Counted from the first letter of the stretch, positions 8,635 to 18,646 are shown. The stretch: 55,142 bases of DNA from an uncultured Planctomycetia bacterium (GCA_964455875.1 CAYVYZ010000001.1:51895-107036), one strand, 5' to 3'. Numbers and translations: made by a program. Notes: generated by a model not told the origin, from the letters alone.

Positions 8635-9726
8635 TTAACTCTTTAACTCTTTTATTTTTGATATAATAGCTTCAGCCATTCCTTTTGTGCCTACGGCGGA
8701 AGGGTCATCACGGTTGGGCTTTAAATCGTAGGTAACAAATTTTCCTTCTTTTATTACCTCACATGTTGCCTCTTCAAGCAAAGAAGCTGCTTCAAACTCA
8801 CCTATGTGTTTAAGCATCATAACACCTGAAAGAATGGTAGCGGTGGGATTAACTTTGTTTTTGCCTTGATACTTCGGGGCAGCGCCATGAACCGGCTCAA
8901 AAACTGCACAATCATCTCCAATATTAGCCCCTGGCGCAATTCCTAACCCTCCTATTAATCCTGCGCATAAATCGGAAATTATATCACCATAAAGATTCGG
9001 CAACACTAAAATATCAAACTTATGGGGACGTAATACTAACTGCATGGAAAGATTATCCACAATAATATCTTCAGCAATAATATCAGAATAATCCTTTGCA
9101 ACTTCCCTGAAAACCTGCAAAAACAACCCATCTGTAGCTTTCATTATATTTGCTTTATGGACACAAGTTACCTTCTTACGCTTCTGTTTTCTTGCTAATT
9201 CAAAGGCAAACTCAACAACCCTTCTAGAAGCAAAGTAAGATATTGGTTTTATAGATATAGCGCTATCCTTTCTTATTTCTCTATTAGTTGTCTTTTTAAT
9301 GAAACTAATTATCTCTTGTGCTCCTTCTGTTTCTTTATCAAACTCTATACCTGCATATAAGTCTTCGCTGTTTTCCCTGACTACAACAATGTCTGTGCCA
9401 GGTCTTGCCTGAGGTATTCCCTCAATATACCGAGATGGCCTTACACAAGCAAACAAATCAAGACTGTGACGTATAGCTACATTAACCGACCTAAACCCAC
9501 TCCCCACAGGGGTAATTATAGGACCTTTAATGGCTACCCTGTTCTTTCTTATAGACTCTAACGTCTTTTGAGGGAGAATACTTCCCTCTTCCTTTAAAGC
9601 AGGTTCTCCTGCAAGAACAAATTCCCAGTTTATCTTAAGCCCCAAAGCATCGATACATTGCAAGGTAGCATCAATAACTTCTGGACCAATACCATCACCA
9701 GGAATCACTGTAATATCATATCCCAT
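8635..9726 (-). CDS. icd: Isocitrate dehydrogenase (prokaryotic homodimeric type)
   Basis: 363 aa. IKGPIITPVGSGFRSVNVAIRHSLDLFACVRP and NLYGDIISDLCAGLIGGLGIAPGANIG closely parallel E. coli Icd motifs and are unlike LeuB. HGAAPKY keeps the Lys-Tyr pair seen in NADP-type enzymes. Confidence 0.82.
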   Translation of the reverse strand: MGYDITVIPGDGIGPEVIDATLQCIDALGLKINWEFVLAGEPALKEEGSILPQKTLESIRKNRVAIKGPIITPVGSGFRSVNVAIRHSLDLFACVRPSRYIEGIPQARPGTDIVVVRENSEDLYAGIEFDKETEGAQEIISFIKKTTNREIRKDSAISIKPISYFASRRVVEFAFELARKQKRKKVTCVHKANIMKATDGLFLQVFREVAKDYSDIIAEDIIVDNLSMQLVLRPHKFDILVLPNLYGDIISDLCAGLIGGLGIAPGANIGDDCAVFEPVHGAAPKYQGKNKVNPTATILSGVMMLKHIGEFEAASLLEEATCEVIKEGKFVTYDLKPNRDDPSAVGTKGMAEAIISKIKELKS

Positions 9727-10229
9727 TATTTCACCTTAAAATTACGATGTTTTCTTAAATACTCTATAATTCCGCCAACTTTTATCAACTCTTTGCGAAA
9801 ATTATCAAAAGGAGGAAACTCTACTATGAAATTATCTCTCATTCTCTTAATAACCCCTTTATCCACATCAACAATTAAGTCATCTTTCTCTCTAAAATGA
9901 GTGGTATCTGCCTCAATGAGAGCTAAACCAATATTAAAAGCATTGCGATAGAATATGCGGGCAAAGTTTTTCGCGATAACGCACAAAATGCCTGCTTCCT
10001 TTATGACCCAAGGAGCCTGTTCTCTTGAGGAACCCATACCAAAATTTTCTCCTGCCACTATTATAGATTTGTGAGGAATCACTTCTTTATAAAAATCAGG
10101 CCTAATATCTTCAAAAAGATAGCGAGAAAGCTTCTTCATGTCAGTAATGGCAAATTTATACCGGCCAGAAATTATCCAGTCTGTGTTGATATTATCACCG
10201 AATTTGAATACTCTGCCTTTAAATTTCAT
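9726..10229 (-). CDS. Aconitase-superfamily hydro-lyase small subunit (LeuD/HacB-like)
   Basis: 167 aa. FGDNINTDWII and GENFGMGSSREQAP are typical of the short archaeal-type small subunit. Confidence 0.82.
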   Translation of the reverse strand: MKFKGRVFKFGDNINTDWIISGRYKFAITDMKKLSRYLFEDIRPDFYKEVIPHKSIIVAGENFGMGSSREQAPWVIKEAGILCVIAKNFARIFYRNAFNIGLALIEADTTHFREKDDLIVDVDKGVIKRMRDNFIVEFPPFDNFRKELIKVGGIIEYLRKHRNFKVK

Positions 10230-10234
10230 AATAA

Positions 10235-11284
10235 TTAGAGATTATCAAACTCAACAATATTTTTAACTTTACTTATTGCTACCTCCCGGGTAATTATGCC
10301 TTCACGGTAAAGCTCTTTTAAACATTTATCCATAGTATGCATACCATATTGTGCTCCCATTTGTATTAAAGAAGGAATCTGGGCTATTTCTCCTTCTCTT
10401 ATAAGATTGCGGATACCGGGAGTTGCAATCATAATTTCTGTAGCTAAAACTCTCCCCTTGCCTGTAGCACGTGGAAGAAGTAGCTGGGAAATTACCCCCT
10501 GAATACAGTCAGCAAGCTGAACTCTCACCTGTTTTTGCTGATGGGGAGGAAAAACATCAATAATCCTCTGCACCGTCTGTGGGGCATCAGGCGTATGTAA
10601 AGTCGCAAGAACCAAGTGCCCAGTCTCAGCAGCAGTAAGAGTAGTACCAATCGTTTCTAAGTCACGCATCTCACCAACAACAATAACATCAGGATCCTGG
10701 CGCAAAGCCCTTCTTAAGGCCTCAGGGAAAGAATGGGTATCAGCATAAACTTCTCTTTGTTTCACAACGCTCTTCTTGTTGGTATGAACGTACTCAATAG
10801 GGTCTTCTATGCATATAATAATCTCTTCTCTCTCCCCGTTAATAACATCAATCATCGCTGCTAATGTAGTACTTTTACCCATACCAGTAGGACCTGTAAC
10901 TAAGACTAATCCATTGGGCTTTCTTATCAAATCATAAGCAACCAAAGGAACACCAAGTTCTTCAATTGTAGGAATCCTGTAAGGAATACGTCTGAAGGCT
11001 GCTTCTAAATTTCCCTTCTGATAATGCACGTTTATCCTGAATCTATCTAAGCCCGGCGCAGAAAAAGAAAAGTCCAGTTCTTTATCCCGCTCTAAACTTG
11101 CTTTTTGTTCATCATTAAGGATACTATAAATCAAGAACTTTGTATCATCAGGAGAAAGGACCTCTAAATCTGTAAAATGAAGCTTACCGTCAATCCTTAA
11201 TATAGGTGGGCTATTCACCGTTATATGCAGGTCACTGGCATCCTCTTCCATCGTCATTTTAAAGAGAGAATTAATATCAATCAT
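10235..11284 (-). CDS. pilT: Type IV pilus retraction ATPase PilT
   Basis: 349 aa. It has Walker A GPTGMGKST, Walker B DPDVIVVGEMRD, His box TGHLVLATLHT and the PilT signature GIRNLIREGE. Confidence 0.9.
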   Translation of the reverse strand: MIDINSLFKMTMEEDASDLHITVNSPPILRIDGKLHFTDLEVLSPDDTKFLIYSILNDEQKASLERDKELDFSFSAPGLDRFRINVHYQKGNLEAAFRRIPYRIPTIEELGVPLVAYDLIRKPNGLVLVTGPTGMGKSTTLAAMIDVINGEREEIIICIEDPIEYVHTNKKSVVKQREVYADTHSFPEALRRALRQDPDVIVVGEMRDLETIGTTLTAAETGHLVLATLHTPDAPQTVQRIIDVFPPHQQKQVRVQLADCIQGVISQLLLPRATGKGRVLATEIMIATPGIRNLIREGEIAQIPSLIQMGAQYGMHTMDKCLKELYREGIITREVAISKVKNIVEFDNL

Positions 11285-11303
11285 TTTTCCTCCTTCTTAT
11301 TTA

Positions 11304-12569
11304 TCACAATTTATTTTTTTTAATATATCTTCTAGGATCAGTTATCACACCCTTTAAAGCAGAAGCTGCCACAGTAGCAGGAGAAGCCAGATAAATAAAA
11401 GCATTGGGGTTACCCATTCTACCTTTAAAATTCCTATTGGCGGTAGAAATCACTACTTCCTTGTCTGCAGGAACACCTTGATGTGTTCCTACACAGGGAC
11501 CACACCCCGGAGGAAGAATAATAGCTCCTGCTTCCATAAAAACTCTAAGCACTCCTTTCTTTAAGGCCGCAGCGTATATTTTCTTTGAGGCAGGCGCCAC
11601 AATAAAACGTACATCTTCATTTATCTTCTTTCCTTTGACTATACTGGCAGCAATCTCCAAATCCTCAAGGCGTCCATTAGTACAAGTACCTAAATAGGCC
11701 TGCTGAATCCTTGTCCCCTCTACCTTCTCTATACATGCACCATTATCCACACTGTGCGGTTTAGCTATATAAGGAGAAATCTTAGACACATCAAATTCAT
11801 AAACATCCTGATATCTGGCGTTTTTATCAGGATAAACCGGCTTAATCCTTTTAATTCCTATTCTCTTAAGGAAATTAAGAGTCTTCTTATCCGGTGCTAT
11901 AATACCGCATTTTGCCCCAAATTCTATAGTCATATTAGTAATGGTAAATCTGGCGTCTAAACTTAACCGATCAACAACTTCCCCTTCAAATTCAACTGCT
12001 TTATAGGTAGCGCCATTGGCGGTAAATTTATGTATCAGATAAAGAATAATGTCCTTGCTATAAACCCCAAAAGGAATTTTTCCTTTAAGGATTATTTTAT
12101 AGGTGTGAGGTACTTTAAACCAGTTTTTCCCTGTTATTAAGGCGACTGCTAAATCTGTTGAGCCTACCCCAAAGGCCGCACAACCTAAAGCACCTGCTGT
12201 TGAAGTATGGGAATCTGCCCCTAAAATCAACCTTCCTGGATAAGCAAATCCTTCTTCAATAACCAACTGATGAGATATACCACAACCAACATCATAAAGG
12301 AGATTGTGTACAGAGTAAGAGAATTTTCTCATCCTGCTATGAACCTTAGATACACCGATATTGGGTGAGGGGGAACTGTGGTCGATAAACATAGCGTAAG
12401 AACAAGAAACAGAGGGTTTTTTCTTGAACTTGCCTAAGGCATCAAGAACCAAAGAGGTTGTGCCATCTTGAGAAAAGCAAAAATCAACTTTGCAGATGCC
12501 AACATCGCCGGCATAAAGAGATTTCTGGGAGTGAAAAGAAAGAATCTTTTCAATTATAGTTTTTCCCAT
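11304..12569 (-). CDS. Aconitase-superfamily hydro-lyase large subunit (LeuC/HacA-like)
   Basis: 421 aa. It carries GADSHTSTAGALG and Fe-S ligand motifs GTCTNGRLEDL and PGCGPCVG. Confidence 0.85.
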   Translation of the reverse strand: MGKTIIEKILSFHSQKSLYAGDVGICKVDFCFSQDGTTSLVLDALGKFKKKPSVSCSYAMFIDHSSPSPNIGVSKVHSRMRKFSYSVHNLLYDVGCGISHQLVIEEGFAYPGRLILGADSHTSTAGALGCAAFGVGSTDLAVALITGKNWFKVPHTYKIILKGKIPFGVYSKDIILYLIHKFTANGATYKAVEFEGEVVDRLSLDARFTITNMTIEFGAKCGIIAPDKKTLNFLKRIGIKRIKPVYPDKNARYQDVYEFDVSKISPYIAKPHSVDNGACIEKVEGTRIQQAYLGTCTNGRLEDLEIAASIVKGKKINEDVRFIVAPASKKIYAAALKKGVLRVFMEAGAIILPPGCGPCVGTHQGVPADKEVVISTANRNFKGRMGNPNAFIYLASPATVAASALKGVITDPRRYIKKNKL

Positions 12570-12614
12570 CAGATAACAAAGAAAACAACCACGAAAAGAC
12601 CAACGTCTTATTTC

Positions 12615-13100
12615 TTAAAGAGCGCCCTTGTCTCTCTTCTTAAATACACCCTTCACACCAGAGAGGAATCCTTTCTTTTCTTCTTTCTTGCTTATAGGCT
12701 CTTCTTCTTTTTTAGGCTTCTCTTTCTTTTTCTTAAGCTTTTCTCTGCGCTGGGTAAACTCCACCAAAGAAAGGCTAGCACCATCTCCTTTGCGGGTGCC
12801 TATATTAAATATCCTGGTATAGCCGCCATTCTTATTATTGAAACGTGGCCCAATATCATCAAACAGCTTTTTTACAAGCGCATGACTTCCTAAAACATTA
12901 TATGCAAGCCTACGAGAATGCAAATCTCCCCTTTTAGCCAGAGAAATAAGCTTCTCTATCTTAGGTCTTATTGCTTTAGCTTTAGATTTAGTAGTCTTTA
13001 TGCGCTCATAAATAATCAAAGAACGCAAAAGACTCTTAACAAGAGCCTTGCGTTGGGCGCGAGGACGAGAAAATTTTTCACTTTTTTTTCTGTGTCTCAT
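12615..13100 (-). CDS. rplQ: 50S ribosomal protein L17 with a Lys/Glu-rich C-terminal extension
   Basis: 161 aa. It starts MRHRKKSEKFSRPRAQRKAL and contains GGYTRIF. It is the last gene of the alpha operon. Confidence 0.95.
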   Translation of the reverse strand: MRHRKKSEKFSRPRAQRKALVKSLLRSLIIYERIKTTKSKAKAIRPKIEKLISLAKRGDLHSRRLAYNVLGSHALVKKLFDDIGPRFNNKNGGYTRIFNIGTRKGDGASLSLVEFTQRREKLKKKKEKPKKEEEPISKKEEKKGFLSGVKGVFKKRDKGAL

Positions 13101-14086
13101 ACTATCTGCATCTTTTTTCTGTCAATCTTCATCCCTAAAGACAACCCCATCCCTTTTAAAAGGTTTACTATTTCTACCAGAGACTTCTTACCAAAATTAC
13201 GATAGGAAAGCATCTGATTCTCTGTCTTCTCTACTAAATCAGCAAGAATCTTTATATTTGCCTCTCTTAAACAGTTGGCACTTCTTACTGAAAGCTCTAA
13301 CTCAGAGATAGGCAGTTTCAACTTCTCATAAAGGGCTATTTCCTCAGGGGTTAATTCTTCCACTTCTTCCTCTTCTGCTATTTCACCCAATGAAAAGAAC
13401 AACTCCAAGTGTTTACTAAAAACTTTTGCTGCATAAATTAAAGCTTCCTTTGGTTCAATGCTTGCGTTAGTCCATATCTCCATAATCAAACGGTCATAAT
13501 CTGTCCGGTTGCCTACCCTTGTATTTTCTACCTTAAAACTTACCTTTTTTACAGGAGTAAAAATGGAATCAACGGGAATGGTACCAATAGGTGAATCTTC
13601 CTTCTTGTTAAACTCTGCAGAAACAAAACCTCTGCCTCTACCCACATCCATCTCAATATTTAGCTTAGCACTCTTAGATGTTAAAGTGGCGATATGCAAA
13701 TCAGGATTAATCACCTCAACAGTATCATCGGTAATAATATCTTTTGCCTTTACCTCTTTCTCTCCACTTGCCTTTATATAAATCTTTTTGGGAACTTTAG
13801 AGTATGATTTCAATACAATATTTTTTATATTAAGAATAATCTCAGGCACATCTTCCATTACCCCTTCGATTGCAGAAAATTCATGAGAAACCCCCTCAAT
13901 CCTTACTGCTGTTACTGCGGAACCCTCTATAGATGACATCAACACTCTCCTTAAGGAATTTCCCAGTGTTACACCATACCCCCTTTCAAAAGGCTCAGCA
14001 ATAAATTTACCGTAATAAGGGGTATAAGACTCCTCTTCAATAATAATCTTTTTGGGAAACTGAAAGTCTCTCCATTTTATCCCCAT
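13097..14086 (-). CDS. rpoA: DNA-directed RNA polymerase subunit alpha
   Basis: 329 aa. It has an N-terminal domain (GNSLRRVLMSS) and a C-terminal domain (LELSVRSANCLREANI). Confidence 0.96.
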   Translation of the reverse strand: MGIKWRDFQFPKKIIIEEESYTPYYGKFIAEPFERGYGVTLGNSLRRVLMSSIEGSAVTAVRIEGVSHEFSAIEGVMEDVPEIILNIKNIVLKSYSKVPKKIYIKASGEKEVKAKDIITDDTVEVINPDLHIATLTSKSAKLNIEMDVGRGRGFVSAEFNKKEDSPIGTIPVDSIFTPVKKVSFKVENTRVGNRTDYDRLIMEIWTNASIEPKEALIYAAKVFSKHLELFFSLGEIAEEEEVEELTPEEIALYEKLKLPISELELSVRSANCLREANIKILADLVEKTENQMLSYRNFGKKSLVEIVNLLKGMGLSLGMKIDRKKMQIV

Positions 14087-14132
14087 TTTAATACCTCCTT
14101 AATCGCCGTAATCGCTTAAAATATTTTATATA

Positions 14133-14762
14133 CTACTTGGAATACAATTCTACAATAAACTGTTCGTTAATAGGTATAGTTACATCTTCTCTCTGAGGAA
14201 TACGTGTTATTTCTATCTTAAGATTGTTTTTATCTACAGAAAGCCAAGAAGGAACGCTTCTTTCTTTAGAATTTGTCTCGTAGTTCTGACGAATCTGCTT
14301 TAACATGCCTTCTTTCCCTTTTATCTGAAGGATATCGCCCTCTTTAACCAGATAAGAAGGGATATCAACCCGTTTTTCACCAATAAAAACATATCCGTGG
14401 CGTACGATCTGACGCGCTTGTGCCCGGGATAAAGAAAAAAGAGCACGGTAAACAACATTGTCTAAACGTCTTTCTAAAAGTTGAATCAGTATTTCGCCAG
14501 TTGTCCCTTTTGACTTTGAAGCAATATAAAAAAATCTTCTAAATTGCCTCTCCATCATGCCATATATTCTTTTCACCTTTTGTTTTTCTCTAAGCTGCAA
14601 AGCATAATAGGAAGGCTTTGTTTGTTTCTTGCCGTGAAACCCCGGTGCATATGAACGTTTAGTAAAAGGGCACTTCTCTGTGTTACATTTTAAACCTTTC
14701 AAGAATAACTTCATGCCTTCTCTGCGGCATAACCGGCATCTTGCATCAATGTATCTTGCCAT
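14133..14762 (-). CDS. rpsD: 30S ribosomal protein S4 (Cys4 form)
   Basis: 209 aa. It starts MARYIDARCRLCRREG and has an S4 RNA-binding domain. Confidence 0.96.
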   Translation of the reverse strand: MARYIDARCRLCRREGMKLFLKGLKCNTEKCPFTKRSYAPGFHGKKQTKPSYYALQLREKQKVKRIYGMMERQFRRFFYIASKSKGTTGEILIQLLERRLDNVVYRALFSLSRAQARQIVRHGYVFIGEKRVDIPSYLVKEGDILQIKGKEGMLKQIRQNYETNSKERSVPSWLSVDKNNLKIEITRIPQREDVTIPINEQFIVELYSK

Positions 14763-14779
14763 AAAACTCTCCTTTAAAA

Positions 14780-15172
14780 CTATACCCTTCTCTTCTTCCT
14801 CGGCCTACAACCATTATGAGGAGAAGGGGTGACATCTTTTACTCTCTTGACACTCAAACCTGCGCTTTGAAGAGAACGAATCGCTGCTTCCCTTCCTGGA
14901 CCAGGCCCTTTAACTACAACTTCCACTTCGCTTAATCCCATTTCTTTAACTCTCTTTGCCACATTAAGGGCTGCCAGCTGAGCAGCATAAGGCGTAGATT
15001 TTTTTGTCCCTTTAAATCCAATCAATCCCCCTGAAGCCCACGCTAAAGCGTTTCCTTTTAAGTCGGTAACAGTAATAATGGTATTATTAAAAGTAGCATT
15101 TATATGCACAACTCCTGCGTTAGAAGTTAAATGAATTTTCTTTTTCTTTTCTCTTCTTCTCTTCTTTGCCAT
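14780..15172 (-). CDS. rpsK: 30S ribosomal protein S11
   Basis: 130 aa. It contains [15 protein letters not shown] and [13 protein letters not shown]. Confidence 0.96.
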   Translation of the reverse strand: MAKKRRREKKKKIHLTSNAGVVHINATFNNTIITVTDLKGNALAWASGGLIGFKGTKKSTPYAAQLAALNVAKRVKEMGLSEVEVVVKGPGPGREAAIRSLQSAGLSVKRVKDVTPSPHNGCRPRKKRRV

Positions 15173-15181
15173 AGTTTCTCC

Positions 15182-15553
15182 TTACTTTTTCTTAACTCCT
15201 CCCACTCTTGCTCTGGGGCCTTTTCTTGTACGGGCGTTACAACGGGTACGTTGGCCTCTTACAGGAAGCCCTCTTTTATGCCGCAACCCTCTATAGCAAC
15301 CAATCTCTATCAACCTTCTTATACCGGAAGATATTTCCCTTCTTAACTCTCCCTCAATCTTATAGTGAGACTGAATGTAACTTACGATTCGCGCAATCTC
15401 ATCATCGCTTAAGTCGCGTGCCCTCTTCTCAGGGTCAATGTTTGTTGCCGCTAATACATCCATGGCATTGGCAGGCCCTATGCCATAAAGATAGCGCAGC
15501 GATATCTTTATCTTTTTATCCTTGGGAATATCCACTCCTAAAATTCTCGGCAT
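15182..15553 (-). CDS. rpsM: 30S ribosomal protein S13
   Basis: 123 aa. It starts MPRILGVDIPKDKKI and contains YRGLRHKRGLPVRGQRT. Confidence 0.96.
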   Translation of the reverse strand: MPRILGVDIPKDKKIKISLRYLYGIGPANAMDVLAATNIDPEKRARDLSDDEIARIVSYIQSHYKIEGELRREISSGIRRLIEIGCYRGLRHKRGLPVRGQRTRCNARTRKGPRARVGGVKKK

Positions 15554-15574
15554 TACTCCTCCTTATAATAAACT

Positions 15575-15688
15575 TTATCCCTGACGCTGTTTATGTTTAG
15601 GGTTCTTACATATGACCCTTACTATCCCCTTGCGTCTTATTATCTTACACTTATCACATATTTTTTTTACGGAAGATTTTACCTTCAT
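15575..15688 (-). CDS. rpmJ: 50S ribosomal protein L36 (absent from the ORF track)
   Basis: Hand translation of the minus strand gives [37 protein letters not shown] (37 aa) with a CxxC-x12-C-x4-H motif. It sits in the canonical slot between infA and rpsM. Confidence 0.92.
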   Translation of the reverse strand: MKVKSSVKKICDKCKIIRRKGIVRVICKNPKHKQRQG

Positions 15689-15697
15689 CTTTAAATC

Positions 15698-15916
15698 CTA
15701 TTTATAACGATAAGTAATTCTACCTCGGTTAAGGTCATAAGGAGAAATTTCTAATTTTACTTTATCTCCAGGAAGAATTCTTATAAAATGCATTCTCATT
15801 TTCCCGCTTACATGAGCCAAGACTACATGCCCGTTATCAAGCTTCACCCTAAACATAGCGTTAGGCAATGCTTCTAATATTTCTCCCTCTACCTCAATCA
15901 ATTCTTCCTTAGCCAT
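15698..15916 (-). CDS. infA: Translation initiation factor IF-1
   Basis: 72 aa. It contains [29 protein letters not shown] and has an S1-like fold. Confidence 0.96.
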   Translation of the reverse strand: MAKEELIEVEGEILEALPNAMFRVKLDNGHVVLAHVSGKMRMHFIRILPGDKVKLEISPYDLNRGRITYRYK

Positions 15917-15919
15917 AAA

Positions 15920-16669
15920 CTAAGTTACTATATAAGGACCTCTCTTTGTAATAACAACTGTATGTTCAAAATGACAACTTAAAGATTTATCTTTAGTCCT
16001 TGCTGTCCAACCGTCCTCTAATATATCAACCTCATAATTTCCAGAAGAAATCATAGGTTCAATAGCTAAAACCATACCCTCCTTAAGAAACGCTCCGCTT
16101 TTCGGTGTACCAAAGTTAGGAACTTCTGGGTAACAGTGTAGTTTATGACCAATACCGTGTCCTACAAACCTTCTTATTACAGAAAACCCACTTTTTTCTA
16201 CAACTCTTTGGATAGCAAATCCTATATCTCCTGTAGTATTCCCTACGCGTGCCTGTCTTATTCCTTCTTTTAAAGCAGCTATTCCAACCTTAAATAGTTT
16301 CCTGGCTAACGATGGCACTTTTCCTACTAAATAGGTATAAGCACAATCAACAAAAAGACCGTCTTTTTCTATCCCCAAATCTACACTCACAAGGCTCCCA
16401 TCCTTTATCACCTTATCGCGACGGGGAATACCATGAATTACCTCTTCATCTACAGATACACACAAAGAAGCAGGATATCCATTATACCCTAAGAAAGCGC
16501 TCTTTAAATTTCTCTTTTTTAGAAAACGATCAAACTCCTCTTCTATATCTTTGGTTGTCATTCCTGACCTTATTATTTTCTTTAACTTTTGTAAAAATAT
16601 ATGAGCAATTCTACCTATCTTTCTCATAAGAATAATTTCTCTACTGTCTAACGTATCTTCCATTCTCAA
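15920..16669 (-). CDS. map: Type I methionine aminopeptidase
   Basis: 249 aa. It has metal-ligand motifs (VSVDLG, GHGIGHKLH, EPM). The ORF-track start is TTG, and the ATG two codons downstream at 16663 is equally plausible. Confidence 0.92.
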   Translation of the reverse strand: MRMEDTLDSREIILMRKIGRIAHIFLQKLKKIIRSGMTTKDIEEEFDRFLKKRNLKSAFLGYNGYPASLCVSVDEEVIHGIPRRDKVIKDGSLVSVDLGIEKDGLFVDCAYTYLVGKVPSLARKLFKVGIAALKEGIRQARVGNTTGDIGFAIQRVVEKSGFSVIRRFVGHGIGHKLHCYPEVPNFGTPKSGAFLKEGMVLAIEPMISSGNYEVDILEDGWTARTKDKSLSCHFEHTVVITKRGPYIVT

Positions 16670-17291
16670 TCGCCTGTCTTATTCTACTAAAAACTTCATC
16701 TTTTTCATCCTTGGCATCTATATTTATAAGCACACCTTTCTCTTTGTAAAACTGTAAAAGAGGTCTACTTTCGCTCAAGAATACCTTAAGGCGTTCTTTT
16801 ATAACACTAGGGGTATCATCTTTTCTCTGTATAAGCTCTCCTCCGCATACATCACAAACACCTTCCACTTTAGGTGGCATATTGATAAGATGGTAATTCG
16901 CAGAACAATTTTTACAAACCCTTCGAAATTCCAACCTTTTTAAAACTGTCGACTCATCAACATCAAGATAAAGTGCCACATCAATCTTTCTCTTACGCAA
17001 GGAAAGAATATTATCTAGGTACTCAGCCTGGTTTATATTACGAGGATAACCATCAAGAACAAATCCCTCTTCAGGTATATTGTTCTTAACCACTTCTCCT
17101 ACAATATCATCAGGGACAAGTACACCTTTTTCCATAAACTGTTTAACCTTGTTCCCTAAGGAACTTTTCTTCTTAACTTCCTCTCTTAAAATATCACCTA
17201 AAGATATTCTTCTTATGTTAAAATATTCGCTAATCTCTTTTGCTTGAGTACCTTTACCGCTTCCTGGCGCTCCAAAAAGAATTACTATCAT
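16641..17291 (-). CDS. adk: Adenylate kinase (Cys4 zinc lid)
   Basis: 216 aa. It has the P-loop GAPGSGKGTQA and the lid CKNC...CDVC. Confidence 0.95.
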   Translation of the reverse strand: MIVILFGAPGSGKGTQAKEISEYFNIRRISLGDILREEVKKKSSLGNKVKQFMEKGVLVPDDIVGEVVKNNIPEEGFVLDGYPRNINQAEYLDNILSLRKRKIDVALYLDVDESTVLKRLEFRRVCKNCSANYHLINMPPKVEGVCDVCGGELIQRKDDTPSVIKERLKVFLSESRPLLQFYKEKGVLINIDAKDEKDEVFSRIRQAIENGRYVRQ

Positions 17292-18646
17292 CTGCGTGCC
17301 CTTAAGGTTTTCCCTTTAATAAATCCATCATAATGCCGTATAAGGAGCTGTCCTTCAATTTGGCGCATCGTATCCAAAACCACTCCCACCATAATTAAAA
17401 TGGTAGTTCCTCCAAAGAAAGAAGCAATGGCATAAGAAGGAATATGGAAAAACTTGATAATAAACGATGGCATAACAGCAATAAACGCTATATACAAAGC
17501 TCCCACAAAAACAATTCTTGTTGCTACAAAATCTATATACTCTGCTGTATTCTTTCCTGGCCTTATACCGGGAATAAATCCGCCGTGCTTTTTTAAGTTG
17601 TTGGAAATCTCTATGGGGTTAAAAACAATAGCAGTGTAAAAATACATAAAAAATATGATTAATCCTACATAGATTACAGTATACCACAATCCTCCTGACC
17701 TAAATATTCTCTGCAAGAACCCCACAAAAGTAGAGGAACTTTTTGGAAAAAAATTGGCAATAGTAGCAGGGAAAAGTAAAACACTCTGAGCAAAAATAAT
17801 AGCAATTACTCCTGCCATATCAACCCGGATAGGAAGAAAAGTGCTCTGACCACCATATACACGTCTTCCTATAACTCTTCTTGCATATTGAACAGGGATA
17901 CGACGCTGTGCTTGTGTAAAAAATACTACTGCCCCTATAATCAGGAACCATACAGTAAGCAAAGTAACAAGAGAAATCGTACTAATCTGCCGCTGTGCGG
18001 GATTAAAAGGAGAATAGAGTACCCAAAGATAATATAAAGATGAGGGGATACGGGAAATAATACTGGTGGCAATAATTAAAGAAATCCCGTTTCCTATACC
18101 ACGTTCCTGAATCTGTTCCCCCAGCCACATAATAAATACAGTTCCGCACGATAAAGTAAGTATAGTAATTATCTCAAAACCAATACCAGGGTTAGGCACA
18201 ATCACTGTCCCTCTGAAGCTAGCAGGGTTTTCAAGCCATTTAGCAAGCATAAATCCTTGAAATAGACATAAACCCAAAGTAAGATAACGCGTATACTGAT
18301 TAATCTTTTCGTAACCACTTCTACCCTCATGAGCAATTTTCTCTAAAGAAGGAATAACAGCTGTTAAAAGCTGCATAATAATGGAAGCGGAGATATAAGG
18401 CATAATTCCCAAGGCAAAGATACTTAACCTTCTTAAAGCACCGCCTGTGAAAATATTTATCATTCCCAACAGTGTCTGGCCATGAGCACGGCTAAGCTCC
18501 TCAAAAAATTTCGATAACGCCAGAGTATCTATGCCCGGCGTAGGAACAAAACAGCCTATCCGGTAAACAACCAAGAGAGAAAGAGTAATCAAAACCTTCT
18601 TTCTTAAATCGGGAATTTTAAAAATATTTACTGCTGAGTTAAGCAT
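17288..18646 (-). CDS. secY: Preprotein translocase subunit SecY
   Basis: 452 aa, polytopic. It contains [12 protein letters not shown] and [19 protein letters not shown]. Confidence 0.96.
   Translation of the reverse strand: MLNSAVNIFKIPDLRKKVLITLSLLVVYRIGCFVPTPGIDTLALSKFFEELSRAHGQTLLGMINIFTGGALRRLSIFALGIMPYISASIIMQLLTAVIPSLEKIAHEGRSGYEKINQYTRYLTLGLCLFQGFMLAKWLENPASFRGTVIVPNPGIGFEIITILTLSCGTVFIMWLGEQIQERGIGNGISLIIATSIISRIPSSLYYLWVLYSPFNPAQRQISTISLVTLLTVWFLIIGAVVFFTQAQRRIPVQYARRVIGRRVYGGQSTFLPIRVDMAGVIAIIFAQSVLLFPATIANFFPKSSSTFVGFLQRIFRSGGLWYTVIYVGLIIFFMYFYTAIVFNPIEISNNLKKHGGFIPGIRPGKNTAEYIDFVATRIVFVGALYIAFIAVMPSFIIKFFHIPSYAIASFFGGTTILIMVGVVLDTMRQIEGQLLIRHYDGFIKGKTLRARR

Noticed and set aside
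12596-12609. AAGAC-GTTG-GTCTT hairpin just after the rplQ stop, considered as a possible terminator of the ribosomal array
   Set aside because: The stem is 5 bp and the downstream tract is interrupted (TTTCGTGGTTGTTTTC). It is too weak to call, so read-through into the LeuC-like gene seems likely.
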